DNA of 64,000 nucleotides from the human T2T-CHM13v2.0 reference genome, Homo sapiens. The notes under the pieces were generated by a model that was not told the DNA's origin, made no database searches, and was given only the letters and a program-made list of their open reading frames with translations. The stretch lies in assembly GCF_009914755.1 (NCBI RefSeq), contig NC_060926.1; one strand, 5' to 3'. Positions 29,915 through 43,548 of this stretch are shown one piece after another (positions within the stretch are counted from its first letter, which is position 1; each line of letters begins with the position of its first letter). Both the position numbers and the translations under genes were made by a program.

Positions 29915-29974
29915 GGGGAGCACTAGCCTGTGTGGGGAGCACTAGCCTGTGTGAGGAGCACCGGCCTGTGTGAG
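29915..29974. repeat. 19-bp minisatellite x3
   Basis: ggggagcactagcctgtgt, ggggagcactagcctgtgt, gaggagcaccggcctgtgt. Confidence 0.93.
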
Positions 29975-30700
29975 AATCCCTGCTCAACTCCTGCTCAGCT
30001 CTATGAACTTTGGGTGCATTCATTGTTTAAAGCCTCAGTTTCCTTATCTGTAAAACAAGGGGGCTAGAAATATGGGGTAGAACATTTGAGGTGGACTAAG
30101 ATGGAAAAGGAGAATAGTAACTTCCCACTGACCTGTGGCCCTTTCAGTGGCTGCTCTGCCCAAGAGCCATATACTCATGACTTCTGATGGGGACAAAGAC
30201 CTAAAGCGCTTGTGGTAATTGTCCTGGAATCCTTCCGCAATTCTATTCTTTCTCCTCTTCAGTCGTTTATTTCTTCCAGATATGTGGGGAGAGCTTAGGG
30301 TGCCTCATGGAAGCCCAGAAGCCCACCCCTGAAATGTCTCCCCTATCCTAATTCAAGACAGGTATGGCCTGCAGTTCCCAGCACTAGAAATAGAGTTTCC
30401 CTTCAACTCATCCCCTATTTACTCTGCCCATTTCCTAGTTTGAGGTTTCAGGATCTGAGTTTGCTATCAGGATTGAAACATCAAAGTACCTTAGTTTTTT
30501 GTCACATTTGCTAAATGGTTGTCATTCTACAAAATGTTTTGTACATGTTAGGAAAATGATAATCTAAATAAGGGAATTACCATGGAGGAGTTTCTTTGAG
30601 AGATTTACGTGCAGGGGATTTTCTAACACCTCTTTCAACCCCTTTTCCACCTATCCATAAGCCCTCTTAGGAACAAGGCAAGCCATCATTTGTCAATTCA

Positions 30701-31079
<379 letters not shown>

Positions 31080-31321
31080 TCAGTTTTACCTGCCAGGCAT
31101 TCATTTACATTCTTCTGGTGGCAACGTTTAGATTTTCCTTTAGGGAACTTCTCCATTGCATGCAATCTCATTGTTATTTTCAAACTAAGAGCCCCTCATT
31201 CTTAAGGAGTGGAAGGTAACCCAGTCTAACTCAATCAGACTATCTCTTCTCAATACATGTGTTTTCAGCAAAGTGGCTCAAAAGTGTAAACTATCACCAG
31301 GTCATTCATTCATCATAAAAA

Positions 31322-31920
31322 CTGTGGAAGTCAGTGTTGCAATTCCTCTGGGATCTAGAACTAGAAATGCCATTTGACCCAGCCATCCCATTACTAGGTA
31401 TATACCCAAAGGACTATAAATCATGCTGCTATAAAGACACATGCACACGTATGTTTATTGCAGCACTATTCACAATAGCAAAGACTTGGAACCAACCCAA
31501 ATGTCCAACAATGATAGACTGGATTAAGAAAATGTGGCACATATACACCATGGAATACTATGCAGCCATAAAAAATGATGAGTTCATGTCCTTTGTAGGG
31601 ACATGGATGAAATTGGAAACCATCATTCTCAGTAAACTATTGTAAGGACAAAAAACCAAACACCGCATGTTCTCACTCACAGGTGGGAATTGAACAATGA
31701 GAACACATGGACACAGGAAGGGGAACATCACACTCTGGGGACTGTTGTGGGGTGGGGGGAGGGGGGAGGGATAGCATTAGGAGATATACCTAATGCTAAA
31801 TGACGAGTTAATGGGTGCAGCACACCAGCATGGCACATGTATACATATGTAACTAACCTGCACATTGTGCACATGTACCCTAAAACTTAAAGTAATAATA
31901 AAATAAAAATTAAAAAAAAA
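31322..31920 (+). mobile_element. 5'-truncated L1PA3-like element (ORF2 C-terminus, 3'UTR, poly(A))
   Basis: ORF 31334-31645 is the L1 ORF2 C-terminus ([34 protein letters not shown]) with a premature stop; 3'UTR gctaaatgacgagttaatggg. Confidence 0.95.
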
Positions 31921-32929
31921 CTTAAATGTACTTCTATTCTTGCTCCCTAGATATTCAGAGATATCTTGTTTCTATCCTTCGTATGATCAGGTTGTTCAAT
32001 AATTCCTCCAATTCTGTGGGCTATCCCCTTCCAATAAGTTTATTTTTCACTCTAAGCCAGATGCATTTCAAGTGCCTGCAACCAACTAACCAGACTAAGT
32101 GAAAAATGAAAGGAAAATATAGCATATTTTTGAAGGTCTGATGTTGGAGGCAGAAACAGACTATGGACAAGTGATTAGGTTGCTTTCCAAAAGTTTGGTC
32201 CTATTTCAGTCGTTTAAATTTGGGGTCCATTTTCTTCATGGGATAGTTTCTGTAGTATATACTGTACCTGAAATATAGACTTCATGATACCATAGTTTAG
32301 AGTAATTTTGAATAATGATTATTGTGAAATCTGTTGAGAGTTCCAAATTTAAAAAACATTACTGGGTTCCAAATTAAATAGTTTATTTCCTGTGGGATAT
32401 GTGGATAACAGGTACTTTATATTTGTGGCATTTATGTTATTAAAATAATTTTACAAGGTAATTTTATCTTCATTTTTCTGTTATAAAGAACTTGAAGCTC
32501 AAATAGGGAAGAATCATTGAGCTTATAGAAGATTTGGATGGGAACCCAGCTGTCCTTTGTTACAAAGCCTGCACTCCTACATCTGTCTACCAAAGCTACT
32601 TACCAGGCATGCATAACCTTTCTGTACCTTATCCCAGAACCAAAGGAGAATATCTGCCTATCAGAAGAAAGATAAATAATGTGAGTTTCTTTCCACTATT
32701 ATTCTTGCAGTTCAGGGTAATTTCTGTGCAGCAGCAAAGACTAAGAGAGCCACATAAGAGGAGAGCTGGATGGGTGCTAATGATGGAGAGAGTGTCAAGG
32801 AGAAAGGAGGTGTTGGGAGTAGGTGCTCTGGCTTAAAATTCTTGGAGGAGAGTTCACTCCTATCCTCTCCTTGTTTCTCATCTTGGCCTATAGGAACAGG
32901 AAGAGAAAGCAGTCCGGAGTCTAGCCCCC

Positions 32930-33360
32930 TATTATATGTTCAATTGTGTTCCCCAAAAAGATTTTTTGAAATTCTAACACTTGGTACCTATAAATATGAC
33001 CTTATTTGGAAATAAGGTCTTTGCAGATGCACTCAAGTTCAGATGAGGTCATTAGGGAGTCTCTAATCCAATGTGATTGGTGTTCTTATAAGAAGAGGAG
33101 AACACCACGTGAACATAGAAACACACAGGGAGAATATGATCACATGAAGATGGAGGCAGATGCTGGAGTTACGCTGTCACAAGCCACGGGGTGCCCAGGA
33201 CCACCAGAAACTGAAAGAGGCAAGAAAGGATTCTTTTCTGGAGACTTCAGAGAGAACATGGCTATGTAGATAACTTGATTTTAAGCTTCTTTCCTTTAGA
33301 AATGTCAGAGAATAAATATGTTACTTTAAGCCACCAGTTTGTGGTACTTTGTTCCAGCAG
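32930..33360 (+). mobile_element. MLT1B/C-type MaLR LTR
   Basis: atgaccttatttggaaataaggtctttgcagatg...gaagatggaggcaga...ttaagccaccagtttgtggtactttgtt. Confidence 0.88.
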
Positions 33361-34673
33361 GGGATTTACCTAACACCACAAGGAGTCAACAAACCAGTTG
33401 CCTAAAGAGCCAACATCTCAAAAATTTTACCTTTCATAAGTGCAGATGTACAAAAAAGGTATCTCTTCTTTACTGAGAAAATTTTAACATTTTTACATAT
33501 GTGCACAATACTTACACAAAAAGTCAACATTGTATTAATTTACTTTCATGGAGTCACATTTGCAAAGAAACATATAAAACTAGAATTCTCTAACAGCCTT
33601 TCCATAATTTATACCTCCAGTACAGGAAATGATGCAAAGATGAAATACATAGCACAGCAAATTGCAAAAACTAATGTTGACTAATGTTAAAATAGTGAAA
33701 AAAAATTAAAAAGGAAAAAGAAAAGGAGAAGAAGAAAAAACTAAAAAATATTTGGCATATGAAAAGTATAATGCAGGAATAGATTATGAGCAATGGCACG
33801 TAGATAGTTCCTAAGAGCTGGCTGATTTCACAATCATTAACTATATTTTGAAATCTTGCATCACAATTAATAGCTGCTTTTTTTTCTTTTAATACATGCT
33901 TTCCTTGGAGAATACATTCACATTCATTTTTTATGTGGCACTGCTTTTTTGAAATTCTTCTTTGATTCAGCATATACTAATATGAGCATTCCCTATTACA
34001 TTTTCCCATCTTTTGCACCTTGTTTCTATGTTGTTTTGGGTATGCAGAAATCCATTTTGCATGCACTCAAATACAGACCACACATTTGAAAGAAACAATA
34101 CTGGTGATCGAACAGCAACACTGTGTGTTTAAGTGTTTTCTTATCCCACCATGTACATAATCATTTTTGAACCAGTCCATCAGCAACTTTGCTGGCTTCT
34201 TCAGGCAAATGCAACTTTAATACATTAAAATCTCCTGGAAGTCATCAGCTAGAAGAAATGCCAATGCAGGCAAACGAGGCATTTTTAAACTGAAGTTTTA
34301 GTCCTTGCCATATCGTGTGGACAATGCACACATTTGAATTTTTTGACAAATGCATTGAGCTAAATGGAAGAAAAAAATTTTAGTAACACCTTGAAATTCA
34401 CTTTTAGAAGTCTTAATCACACCTAATTCCAAATCCATCACTATGGTTCAGAGAATCAACTGAAATCCATTTTCTTCTGCGTAAAGACAAAAGCAAGGTA
34501 ATAGCTCTGCCTAACATGAAGCAATATTCCTGTGACTGTGATTTTTGGAATTCAGATGTTAGAGATTTTAGATTTTAGGGATTTTGATCTTTAGGGATTT
34601 TGGTCTTTCAGGCTTTCAACATTTATAATTATGGTGTTCAAGAGTACATCTTTTGGGATTATGATTCAAATCC
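33361..34673 (-). mobile_element. MULE-MuDR DNA transposon fossil (Ricksha-like) with transposase remnant
   Basis: Minus-strand translation IVMDLELGVIKTSKSEFQGVTKIFFFHLAQCICQKIQM and CDARFQNIVND; right terminus cttttgggattatgattcaaatcc with subterminal tttagggattttg repeats. Confidence 0.8.
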
Positions 34674-35039
34674 TGATTCCCCAACTGTCTTCGGGAAGAA
34701 GGCAATATCATGTTGTGAGTTTATGGATGAATGGAAAAGGACCACAGCAAAGTTGAATTTGCTTGAAGTTTCTTTTTTTTTCTTTCATATCCATACCCTT
34801 GCATGGAAATAGAAAAAAAAAAAAGTAGCTCGTAAAGTTAAGAATATGGATAAAGGCAGGTAAAATGGAATTTTTAAATTTTGAGAAATCACAGATACAA
34901 TTATTACAACCTCTATAAGTGAAAATAAGCAATATTCCCAAATCTACAAAATGTGAATCCTGTAAAAGTGTATCAAGAGCTCAGCATCCTTAGCCTCTCT
35001 GTTGATTTTGAGTGTCAACGCTGCAGCCCACTGATTGTG

Positions 35040-35208
35040 TGTTCTCTTTGTGACTGTTTTCTCACCTATAAAATAAAGATTGTATAATGAACTGAGTTTG
35101 CTCATCTGTAAAAGGTGAGGTTGTAAGGATTAAATGATTTAATACTTATAAAATGTAAAACAAGAAGTTTCATAGAGCCACATGGGAAGTGCTTAATACG
35201 TGTTAGCT
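35040..35208 (+). mobile_element. MIR
   Basis: agtttgctcatctgtaaaag...ggttgtaaggattaaatga...gtgcttaatacgtgttagctatt. Confidence 0.7.
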
Positions 35209-36027
35209 ATTGATAGTGGTATGTCCTATAAATAAGATTGCCTGTCTTGTCTTGGTGGTGGATGTGATCGGGTTCAAAAATAAATTGGGTTTTGGTCTTG
35301 TCCTCAGGTAGTTTGCTAATAAGCAACTTTATTACAAGATCGAAGGTTATAAGTATTCTAAGCAAAACCCCAATTTCTAGGCCACAGATACTGAAAAGGA
35401 TACTTCCCAGCAATGGTGGCATTTGAAGTGGACTTGAAGCAAACTGATATTTAACCAAGCAGAGTTCTGATTACATGGAGGGATTGGCACAATCAAAGCA
35501 CAGAACAGTGTAAAGTTCCTGATTCGGTTGAGTAGAGGACACAGTGATTGGACATGCAACATAGCTGGACAGATCTGATGATGGCATGCCCTGCTGAGGA
35601 TTCTGAACCTTATTTCTATGGGCAACAAGGAGTCATAGAAGATGTTTGAGCAAAGAGTAATAGGATTATAGCTTCAGCTGTAAAAAGGCACACACAAAAT
35701 CAGTTTATCTAAGGAGACTATTGGAAGTGTGGGAAGTTAGAGAAGAAAAGGCCAATTTGGAAGCTATTTTCAACAATCGAATAAGAGACAAAAATCAGTG
35801 AAGACTGAACGGTAGTTGAATTTGTCATTGGGAGGAGTTAATGATTTGTATCAGAAGTTAGGATGGCCTGTGCTAACATTAGAACATGAAGATCAGAGAG
35901 GGAGTGATTCTGAGCAGGAAGTAGAAGAGAATGCTAAATAAAGTGAGCTATCTACACTGACAAATAAGTTTGAAATAGAGGCAGTTATGCGGAGAATGCA
36001 GGCTACAAAATGGTGTTACATGTAGAA

Positions 36028-36506
<479 letters not shown>

Positions 36507-39293
36507 ATCAAGAATATCTTGATAATTGAAGTAATATTTGAACTCAAATTAGCTAATATAACTGCCTTGTTATTCCTTTTGAAGTGTTTTGAAAACAGCT
36601 TCAGAGGTTTCAAAGACTTTACTAGAAGCTTGGGAACTAGCAAGCTTCTAAAAGAAACATGTGGATGGAGGAGGTACCTGCCTCATGCCAGAGTTTACTA
36701 CTTTATTGACAAAAGGTCACCACACAAACATATGCAAACAATAGATTTTGTTTATTTAATCTATCAAACATATGCAATGATAGATTTTGTTGTATTTCTC
36801 CAGGAAGAAGAAAATAAAAGGAACATATTATCAGATTATTTTAATTCAAGGTCAGAATTTTTTTAATTAAAATTGGATTCTAGTCTGCAAGTGAGTGCAC
36901 AGAGAGCAAAAAGAAATACATGGTATGATGGCTGCCCTCTAGAAATTTTTAATTTTCCACAAACAAATATCCATATATAAAAATAAATGAAAATAATATA
37001 AGGAAATGCTGACTGTACTGAAGGAGAAGTAATGTGATAATTGATTTCCATTTCTTTCCTGCTTTCCGTCTGTTTATAGAGTCACGGACAAAGACAAGTG
37101 TCTACAGAAACTAAATGTTTTGAACATCAGGACACTTTAAATACAAATCCAGAGAAGGGGCTTCTCTTTAAATATCACAAGAACTGGCAAAAGTTGGCTT
37201 GCAGACCTCCCAAGTCAGGAGGCCTCTGGAACTGGCCGTGTGAGCCTCTGTTCACGTAGTCCCCACTGTCCTTTCTCATCTCATGCTGAGTCAGCTTTCC
37301 TAATTTTTATTTCCCATTGGTCTTTCAAAGCAATTGACTTGTAATCCTTGCTTTGGAAGTGCTATCAACTTCATCATGGTTAACAGCAGCAGAGAAGGGA
37401 GCCCCTAACAATGTGCCTTGCTGTTAGTTTCTTGACTACTTTTGTGCCATTTCCCACTGCACTTTCATTTTGTCTCTCCTTTTCTTTATTTCCATCACTA
37501 GTTTTCCACCAGCAGGAAATTGCCAGAAAAGAATTACACAGCTGACCCTCTTTCCTAGTCCCTGTTTCCTTTTATTCACCTCTCTTTCATCCTATTCCCT
37601 CTTGTTTCAATCCTTACCCAAATGTCTTTTGAAATGCCAATAGAAATAACCATAGTGACACTTTGCTCAATAGATGTCCCAGTGGTTCAAAGAGCAATCC
37701 TCTTTGGCCTCACCCACTGGGTTCTATTTCTGCTGAGCCAAGTACATTTAATTCACTCGTTCATTTGCTCTGACCCTGTTATCAGTCTTATTTTTTCTTT
37801 CCTTCCTCTGCTCCCAGATCAGAAAAATCAATACATTTGTTAACAATGTAAAAAAATTAAAAATCAGTCAAAGAAATCAGGGAACTAAAGTTTCAAATAG
37901 GTAAGTGACTTGCCCATAGCTGCGGAATTCAGTCTTGCATGATCAGTCCTCAGGAGATGGAAGTCTGGACTTGATGTCTCTGGAGCCTAGGGTGATTGCA
38001 GGGATGGAACATAGGGCTATGAAAGGTTGACCTGAGAATGATGCTAGAAAAAGTGAGCTTCTTTCTTCCTTTGCATTTGATGAGCAAACCCCAAAGGAGA
38101 GCCAGGAAACAGATTGTTGTTTAGAACTCTGAATAAGGAATCAAAGCAAGCTGCTCTAGGAGTTTTCCAATGACAAAATGGAAATGGAAACCTGAATGAG
38201 TAATCACAAGGAACAAGATGCTATTATCTTTCTTCAGCTGCCTCATGCCCCCTCTTCACTTAAGCATAAAATGGATAAAAATCAGAAAAACAAAACCTGT
38301 CAATGAAACATTGTTTCTGAAACTCAGGTTGAAACATAAAAGAGACTTCCCTAGGCTAGTCACTATATATACACTGATATATACATATATGTGTATACAT
38401 TCTTAGAATACTCTCTAAATATCACTTAGTTCTGAATGATGTACTGTGTCATCTTAGACTAAAGGTCAAGTGAAGGAGAGTTCTCTGTTTCTCTCATTAA
38501 GTAACTCATATATAGATAAGAGAAGAATTGAGGGAGAATGATGAGTCTGCCCTTTCCCATCCCCGGTTCTCCACATTTAGATGTTAGTCACACACACAGT
38601 ATTATTCCTTTAGGATGCTTCTTACCTGATAACTTTCCTTTAAGAATAATAAACTGTTGTCCTTCACTATTAAAAATGGGACTTTGGTCTGTCTTCCTTT
38701 TTATCAGTCTTTTATCCTTTGTAAGTGTGATAACTATAAGATCCTTTATTTAAGGGCCGTTGAAAGGATTTTTAGACACAAATACTATACTTTTGAATAT
38801 AAATATACCAAAGTCACCTCCAATGTACATTTTCCATCACTTAGCTGCATTCAACTGTGTTGATATAGAAGCATTTGTCATATACAGCATTAGCATACAC
38901 ATGTATGTATGGCATTTTAAAATGATAAAATATATAGAAATACAAAAAATGTATGAGCACAGTTTAACACATGGCTGTAAGGGGAAAACCTGAAACCATT
39001 CCTAAGTCAGAAATTAGAACTTTTCAGAAAAATATGAAATGCTTCATGAGTTTCCCATTCTTCACAGTTTGTTCTTTCTTCTCTGGATCATTCCAGTTGG
39101 AGATCATGGGCTTCTGTATTTTTAGTATTATTCTTGGTTACTACAGTCCCACTTGGTTATTTCATTCAATTCCTAAAAATACTTATTTGAACTTTGCACT
39201 TCTGTTCTAAATTTTCTAGGGAACTTTTTTTTCTCATGTAAACACTAGATCATCTCATTTAGTTAATGCATTCCTCGGAGAATGTGCTCTAAA

Positions 39294-39625
39294 CCAGTGC
39301 CACTCAAATTACGGTCTATCAGTGCCAAGCTGTAAACTGTTGGTTACTGGCCCCCCATGAAATTGAGTGTAGAGACTGAGAGTAAGCTCTTAAAATATTT
39401 ATAGCAATTTTTCAAAGAAATTTTATGACTTGAATCCAGTAATAAAAAAATAGAAACTTGCACATTTTATCTGTCATTTTTATTTTATTTTTCTAGACAT
39501 TTATTTTTATTCCATTTTACAGAAGTATATATCCATGAAAAACTGGAAGTAAAACAAAATTAAACAAAAATCTGTTTTCGTTTTTGTTTTTTTGTTTTAC
39601 CAGAATAGTTTGAGAAGTGCTAGTG
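39294..39625. mobile_element. Charlie4-like hAT fragment
   Basis: cagtgccactcaaa...aaactgttggttactggcc...gagagtaagc...tttatagcaattt...gtttgagaagtgct. Confidence 0.55.
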
Positions 39626-39730
39626 TAGGGAGCAGAAACTGCTTGCAGGCTGCATTTCCCTTTATGGACCCGTGAGAAACATGCATCTTGAGCATCCAAA
39701 TTTGTTCACGTAGGACAAAGGGAATTTTCT

Positions 39731-39754
39731 TTTTTTTTTTTATTTTTTTTTATT

Positions 39755-39789
<35 letters not shown>

Positions 39790-40699
39790 TTTTAAATTTT
39801 TTTTTTATTATACTTTAAGTTTTAGGGTACATGTGCACATTGTGCAGGTTAGTTACATATGTTTACATGTGCCATGCTGGTGCACTGCACCCACTAACTC
39901 GTCATCTAGCATTAGGTATATCTCCCAATGCTATCCCTCCCCCCTCCCCCGACCCCACCACAGTCCCCAGAGTGTGATATTCCCCTTCCTGTGTCCATGT
40001 GATCTCATTGTTCAATTCCCACCTATGAGTGAGAATATGCGGTGTTTGGTTTTTTGTTCTTGCGATAGTTTACTGAGAATGATGGTTTCCAATTTCATCC
40101 ATGTCCCTACAAAGGACATGAACTCATCATTTTTTATGGCTGCATAGTATTCCATGGTGTATATGTGCCACATTTTCTTAATCCAGTCTATCATTGTTGG
40201 ACATTTGGGTTGGTTCCAAGTCTTTGCTATTGTGAATAATGCCGCGATAAACATACGTGTGCATGTGTCTTTATAGCAGCATGATTTATAGTCATTTGGG
40301 TATATACCCAGTAATGGGATGGCTGCGTCAAATGGTATTTCTAGTTCTAGATCCCTGAGGAATCGCCACACTGACTTCCACAATGGTTGAACTAGTTTAC
40401 AGTCCCACCAACAGTGTAAAAGTGTTCCTATTTCTCCACATCCTCTCCAGCACCTGTTGTTTCCTGACTTTTGAATGATTGCCATTCTAACTGGTGTGAG
40501 ATGATATCTCATAGTGGTTTTGATTTGCATTTCTCTGATGGCCAGTGATGATGAGCATTTTTTCATGTGTTTTTTGGCTGCATAAATGTCTTCTTTTGAG
40601 AAGTGTCTGTTCATGTCCTTCGCCCACTTTTTGATGGGGTTGTTTGTTTTTTTCTTGTAAATTTGTTTGAGTTCATTGTAGATTCTGGATATTAGCCCT
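39731..40699 (-). mobile_element. Young 5'-truncated L1 (L1PA2/L1HS-like)
   Basis: Uninterrupted 200-aa ORF2 C-terminus (40012-40614, ends ...[10 protein letters not shown]); 3'UTR carries the GAG (non-Ta) diagnostic; perfect 20-bp TSD taggacaaagggaattttct at 39711-39730 and 40700-40719. Confidence 0.97.
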
Positions 40700-40940
40700 T
40701 AGGACAAAGGGAATTTTCTAACATGAGCTGAAGATCTGGAGTTCCCAGCCATGTCTTTTATAAAGACTCAACTTCCAGAACAGAATGGGTTGCTTTACTT
40801 CTATGTTTTCACCAGCACCTTTCTTGCCCAATGACTGCCAGTCCTGTGCCATGTACCTCTTTTCTTACCCATCAATAATGGTTAAAAATTATTAGATTTA
40901 GAAAAGGTATATAAACAAAGACACTTATTCTAGCACTGCT

Positions 40941-41137
40941 TTTATTTTATTTTATTTTATTTTATTTTATTTTATTTTATTTTATTTTATTTTATTTTTT
41001 GAGACAGAGTCTCACTCTGTCGCCCAGGCTAGAGTGCAGCGGCACGATCTTGGTTCACTGCAACCTCTGCCTCCTATCCTCTTGCCTTGGTCTCACAACA
41101 AGCCGGGATTACAGGCATGAGCCACCACACGCAGTCC
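40941..41137 (-). mobile_element. Monomer-length Alu with (TTTTA)n tail
   Basis: Right-arm 3' end joined directly to left-arm-type 5' end; TSD agcactgct. Confidence 0.88.
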
Positions 41138-41663
41138 AAGCACTGCTTTTAAATATCAAAAAATACATGAACGCCAAAGAGAAAAGCGTTAGTACACTAA
41201 ATGATGCTGCATACAATGATGGCACAACTGCAATCATTCCAAATTATGTTGTAAATTTGTCCTAGATCCTCCACATAATGCTGTGTTAAGGAAATAATTT
41301 AGGCTACAAAGGAGTATATTTAGTGTGATAAGTTTTTGTAAAGAAAATATATGTGTTCAGATGCAGAGAAACATGGGCATAAAAATGTTCTCAATAATTA
41401 TCCTTTAGTGGTAGAAATATGTGTATTTTCTAAGTTTTTTCCCTTGTGCTTTTCTGTGTTTTGTATCAAATACTTTTTTATATGTTTGTTTAAAGTACAT
41501 AAAAGAAATGGGAAAGAATAGGAGAACTGTGAAAAAAATGGAGAGTCAAGTAATCCAAGGCAAAAATGTCATGAAGGCAAAGTATGTTGAAGGCTGAGTG
41601 GAGGACAGGAAACAACTCCATGCAATGGCACCAGAATTTTGGAAGTTGTTAAAAAAAAAATAA

Positions 41664-42028
<365 letters not shown>

Positions 42029-43253
42029 ACATCAATACTTTTAACACTTCCTCAAGGAGCCCAGTGTTCCTCCAGGTTTGAGAGTCGTTGGGTAGATGCC
42101 AGCCAGCCTATTCTACCAAATTAGTCCATGCTGGCTGGCTGGCTTTCAGGAATAGGAGTTACATTATTCCAAAACAGAAGGCTAACAATAAAAATAACAG
42201 GATTCGTCTCTCACAAAGCATTTTATCCCCTCAGCATTGGTGGCCTAAAGCTGAGGATTATTTGTATGTGATTACAAGTTTTGGAGACACCAGTTGAAAT
42301 TATCTAAACATTCTGAATATTAAAACCTAAGTATTTAATGTGATAAAACTATGATCTGGAAGTTGAATGGAGTGATTGCTTTGCGGGTATACAGAGCTGC
42401 ATCTAAGTCAACCCTCTTGAAAATGTTAATTAGCACCAAACAAAGAACAATGGAAGATGTCTGCTTTTTTCCTTGGAGACCAAGATAGGGACAAGTCGTT
42501 TTGCATGTGCGCAGAATGTGGAAATGGCAAAGAGGTTTAAATAACGAATTTTAATAAGTTTCATCCCACTGGGAGAGACACTTCTGATTATCTGTGACCT
42601 ATACAAATTATCATGATTCTCCCCACTGGCCTACCATAATTTTAATAAGTAATCAAACTAAGCTTGAAGGTTCTGCAAAATGCCAAATATATACAAGTGC
42701 TTTTGCTAGTTACAAAGCTAGTACTTGCTACCTGACCTTTTTACAATTTCTCCAACTACTTATTCACACCCCAGCCACAGGTTTAAATGCTCAGCGTTCA
42801 TTTGGTCCTTATTGATCCTAGGCTGCTACCTGTTTGGGCTGAGAAATGACCTTCTGTGGACATCTAGGGAGTCTTGCCCTGCTGTGAGAAGAATTTCAAA
42901 AGAAGTTTGGCCAGAAATTTAATGCAGATCTGAAAAGGTTGCTAGCGAAGCTACATGTAGTGGAATGAGATACAATAAGTCCCTAGTGATGGTCCAGGCC
43001 CAGGCAAGTACCTAAGCACAATGGCGTTCACCAATGAGCTAGCAGAAGGTTAACGAGGGCAGAGCATATAGAAACAGGTGCTTCGGGCTCCTGGGAGATT
43101 TCTTTACCTCTCTCCAGGTTTCAATCTATTTCCTCACTCCAGCCTCACTCTCCAAATTGTAACTTACATGTTGGGAGCTTAAGCTGAAAACCTCATTAAA
43201 ATCTTGTTCTCTTCTCCTGCCCCGTGATTTGGCTTTTGCATCCTTGACTCTAC

Positions 43254-43548
43254 ACCAGTACTTTTTAAACTTTAATGTGCTTACCAGTCGCCCGGGATTT
43301 TATTAAAGTGCAGATTGTGAATAGGTCAGTAGATCTGGCATGGGGCCTAAGACATGAATTTCTAAGAAGCTCCCAGGTGATGCTTCTGCTATTGTGCCAG
43401 ACCACAGCATGTGCAGCATGGCCCCAGTTACTAGTTCCTACCCCCAGAATTTATGAGGCAGTTGTCTGGGGTGGGGCCAGGAATTTGCATTTCTACTTAG
43501 TTCCCAAATGATGCCAATGGTCAGGGTCTACACACTGAGAACCACTGC
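43254..43548. mobile_element. Adjacent MER5-family fragments
   Basis: cagattgtgaat...agtagatctgg...ctcccaggtgatgct and ggggtggggccaggaatttgcatttcta...tgagaaccactg. Confidence 0.7.

Noticed and set aside
40012-40614. 200-aa ORF
   Set aside because: It is the C-terminus of L1 ORF2 in a 5'-truncated element, not a host gene.
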